DNA of 64,000 nucleotides from Camelus ferus (taxonomy: Eukaryota). Below the pieces are notes generated by a model. That model did not search any database. It was not told where the DNA came from and saw nothing but the letters and a program-made list of their open reading frames with translations. Positions 61,330 to 64,000 of this stretch are shown one piece after another (position 1 is the first letter of the stretch; every line of letters starts with the position of its first letter). The stretch is from assembly GCF_009834535.1 (NCBI RefSeq), contig NC_045704.1, forward strand, positions 39,680,001-39,744,000, in the 5' to 3' direction. The position numbers were made by a program, and so were the translations under genes.

Positions 61330-62700
61330 CCTGTTTTTTTTTTAAATTCACTTTTATCATGAAATAAATTATCTACATGCAAAATACACATATGACTATA
61401 AAAGCAAGATTAAAGAATAATACTAAAATAACACTAATCCTAATGTACGTGAAGCCTCGAATATGACCCTATGTGACAGCACCCCCCCCCACCAATAAAG
61501 GTAACCAGTTGTCTGAATTCCATATTTCACTGGCCTTTTTTTTTTTTTCTTTAGAGTTCAGCCTCATATATATTTCTGTGGCTTACTTTCTGCTCAACTC
61601 TGCTTTTGAAATTCACCCATGGTGTTGCTCTCAGGTTTAGTTCATTCATTTCCACCAAATTATCTTAAAAGACAATTCCAAATCTATCCATTCTACGTTA
61701 GATGAAAATTTGGGTTATTTACCTCGTGTTTAACATTACAATGCTGATTTACGACTTTCACTTGAACTCTAGTACCCATGTCTAAGACAGTTTCTAGGCC
61801 ATCTACCTCAGAGAAAAATTGTTAGGTGATAGATAAATCCATAGTTTCAATTTTCCTAGCTTCCAAGATAGTATCACCTTGCTTTATGAAACAATTTTAT
61901 TAGCTCACACAATACCGATCAGTTATGAGAATTCACCTTGCTCTATATCTTCATGACTTGATACTGTTCAACATTTAATTCCTGCATTGTGTCGGGTACC
62001 CAATGCTCCTGAACTGCAATTTTTAATTTGCATGACCATTAGTGAGCTGAGTATTTTTTAAAATATGTTTAAGAGTAATACCTGTTTCTTTTTTGCATAA
62101 TTTTACTCATTTTTATTTGTCTTTTATTCATTTTTACTTATATATTCTGATAAAATATTTTGCCAGTTGTAAGTGGCAAATACCTTTTCTTTTTCCCACT
62201 TTTTTCTAGCTTTATGATGTCTAAACCAAAGTTCTTAATTTTAATGCAGTAAAAATGATTAATTTTTCTCTTTAAGGTTTCCATTGTCTGTTGCTTAATA
62301 AAATGCTTCCCCATCCAAAAGGAAATAAAGATATTCTCCCACATGCCTTCCAAAATTTGGACCTTTCATACTTAAGGCCTTCACTCATCTAAAATTAATA
62401 GCAATGATATAAAATAGAAATTCATTTTTTTCTTATAGATAATTAATTGTCCCTGAGCTATGTATCCTCTAGTCCATCATTCACCATTGACTTGTAATGC
62501 TGTTTCTGCTGGATATCAAGTTTTAGTGTTTGCACAGTCTCTTTCTGGGTCCTTTAATCCAGGTCTACAGTCTACTTGGCTATCACCAAGCCAGTACTAC
62601 AATGTATATTCCTTTTCCAGTGAGCCTTGACATATGTTAGTGAAACCACCCACATCTTGTTTTTCTTCAAGAATGATTGTCTTTCCAAATGTGGAGGTTC
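61330..62700 (-). mobile_element. Old L1M (L1ME/MC-type) 3' region, about 1.4 kb
   Basis: ttttgaaattcacccatggtgttg...tccattctacgttagatgaaaatttgggttattt...aaagttcttaattttaatgcagt...aaagatattctccc...cttgttttcttcaagaatg are characteristic old-L1 3' motifs in reverse. Confidence 0.8.
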
Positions 62701-62777
62701 TTAATGATCCCTCTTCTATCCCCTGTGAATGAAAAGCCTGAAATCCCTTTCTGGCAAAGCCATGATACATTCTAGAC

Positions 62778-62985
62778 CTCCACTGACCAATACTAGGGCC
62801 ACTAGACACACGTGGCCAAGTAAATTTACGATAATTGAAATTAAACACAATTAAATATTCAGTTACTCAGGTGTACTATCTACGTTTCAAGTGTTCAATA
62901 ACCACAAGTGGTCAGTGTGACCATTCTGGAAAACACAGATGTAGAACATTTCCATCATCACAGAAAGTTTTATGAGATGGTGCTG
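62778..62985 (-). mobile_element. MER3 hAT-Charlie MITE
   Basis: ccaatactagggccactagacacacgtggcc...ttcaagtgttcaataaccacaagtgg...gtagaacatttccatcatcacagaaagtt...gtgctg; decayed TSD ttctagac / ttttagat. Confidence 0.9.
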
Positions 62986-63479
62986 TTTTAGATCCTCAAC
63001 ACAGAACCATCAAAGGAAGTTGGTTTATTCACTTTTGAAGAAAACATTGAAGCAATAAGCCCAAAAAAGGTCTTCTGGTTTTCAATTTTTTTTTTAATCA
63101 GCTACATTCAGATTTCTTCAAAAATTTCTACATGTCATGTCTTTGTTGATGGACATAACTATCCTCATCCCACTGGATGAACAATAAAATAAAAGTGAAA
63201 AATAAAAGTGTACTGAGCATAAATATGCCAACAGTCTCTAGAGTAGGTTGGACCTCATTGTTCCTCTATGGGACTTTCTCACTCCTTTCCAAACCTTTTT
63301 GATATTTGAGTCCCTGGATAACTTGCAGGATGAGTGATCTCTGCTGGCACCTATCTGGTGATAAGACACTCATTCCCTTCTCACACTCTCTATTTGCCTT
63401 GCAACAGCTGTAAAAGGCAATAAGGTCTACTATATGCCTATAGGTAATGACGGAAAGGAAGAGCACGTACTATTTGAGG

Positions 63480-63848
63480 TGTTAAAGTAACCAGATTAGG
63501 CCCAAGATGGAGTTACTGACACCAAACCCCACATCAGCAAACAAAAACTTGACCAAATTTCTATTTTCCAGAAAAAAAGAAAGCCTGAATCAACCAATCA
63601 GCACTTGCCAGCTCAGTACAAGCTACCTGACTGGCTGCAAGCCTTCCCTTTCCTCCATGTAAGGGAATTAACCCTGCTTTCATCAATCAGTTGATGCCCA
63701 GTATAACTTCCTTGTTCTTGCTTACTTTGGTCACTATGAAGCCCTCTTGAACTGAACCACTGGTTGAGTAGATGCTCCCAATTCATGACTACCAAATAGA
63801 GCCAGTAAGATTCTTAAATTTTATTCTGTTGAACTTTACTCTTTAAGA
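63480..63848 (+). mobile_element. ERV1-class solo LTR (family not identified)
   Basis: Starts TGTTAAAG, ends tttaaGA (CA decayed), 4-bp TSD gagg/gggg. Contains caagatggagtta, aaccaatcag (CCAAT), ataacttccttgttct and a decayed polyA-like aaatagagcc near the 3' end. Confidence 0.7.
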
Positions 63849-64000
63849 GGGGGTTAATAAAAGTATTGTCTGACCCAACCCTGAAATTATGAGAACTGAA
63901 TCTGAGTAAAGACTAGAGATGTATGTCCAAAGTGAGTCAACATAGTAACAGGGTTTGCAGGTGATTATATAGAGCAGAAGTGAAGGATCTATGTGGGCTG

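Larger units (their letters stand above)
1930..64000 (-). other. CDH8: Part of the long CDH8 intron upstream of this exon (intron 2 equivalent)
   Basis: No ORF or reading frame resembling the preceding CDH8 exon (signal/prodomain ...RSKRGWVWNQMFVLEEF...VGR) was seen in the window. From recall the human intron is over 100 kb, consistent with this. Confidence 0.8.

Noticed and set aside
13659-62700. Most L1/SINE copies are sense to CDH8, opposite to the usual intronic L1 antisense bias
   Set aside because: Too few elements to distinguish from chance, and very short tails are under weak selection.
1-64000. All other ORFs in the six-frame track (60-171 aa)
   Set aside because: None resembles a protein I recognise. 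Many are translations of microsatellites (poly-Asn at 38806, His-Thr runs at 34143/35184/35219), N gaps or TE fossils, and lengths are as expected by chance in intron DNA.
1-64000. CRISPR arrays, operons, tRNA/rRNA/snRNA genes, mitochondrial insertions
   Set aside because: No regularly spaced repeat-spacer structure or prokaryotic-style gene density. The only tRNA-like sequences are SINE heads with tails and TSDs. No U6, 7SK, Y RNA or mtDNA-like sequence was recognised.

Overview
Mammalian genomic DNA (AT-rich, TE-rich, four N gaps of 138-188 bp), almost certainly camelid (camel or alpaca), judged from two tRNA-derived camelid-type SINEs and camelid/cetartiodactyl-type L1 3' ends. The window lies inside the type II cadherin gene CDH8, transcribed from the minus strand. 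The only coding sequence I can support is one 295-bp exon at 1635-1929, equivalent to human CDH8 exon 3 (most of EC1 plus the start of EC2), with canonical splice sites and a strong CACTAAC branch point. Positions 1930-64000 are part of the very long upstream intron, and 1-1634 is the start of the downstream intron. The rest is fossil repeats (MIR, L2, L1, a full-length Charlie1a with a nested SINE, MER3/5/58/113-type, MLT1D, an ERV1-like solo LTR), microsatellites and chance ORFs. I found no prokaryotic system, CRISPR array, RNA gene or second protein-coding gene, and no clearly new biological system. The best leads are modest and RNA-level: two closely spaced inverted pairs of short L1 tails that could form ADAR-type duplexes in the CDH8 pre-mRNA (one has a 51-bp helix whose only mismatches are G-U wobbles in the transcribed orientation), a shared 5' breakpoint among those L1 tails, a hairpin at a probable tail-to-tail L2 junction, and a tandem duplication with two RBFOX motifs just upstream of the exon. 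Repeat family names come from my recall of consensus sequences rather than a database search, and boundaries of old repeats are approximate.
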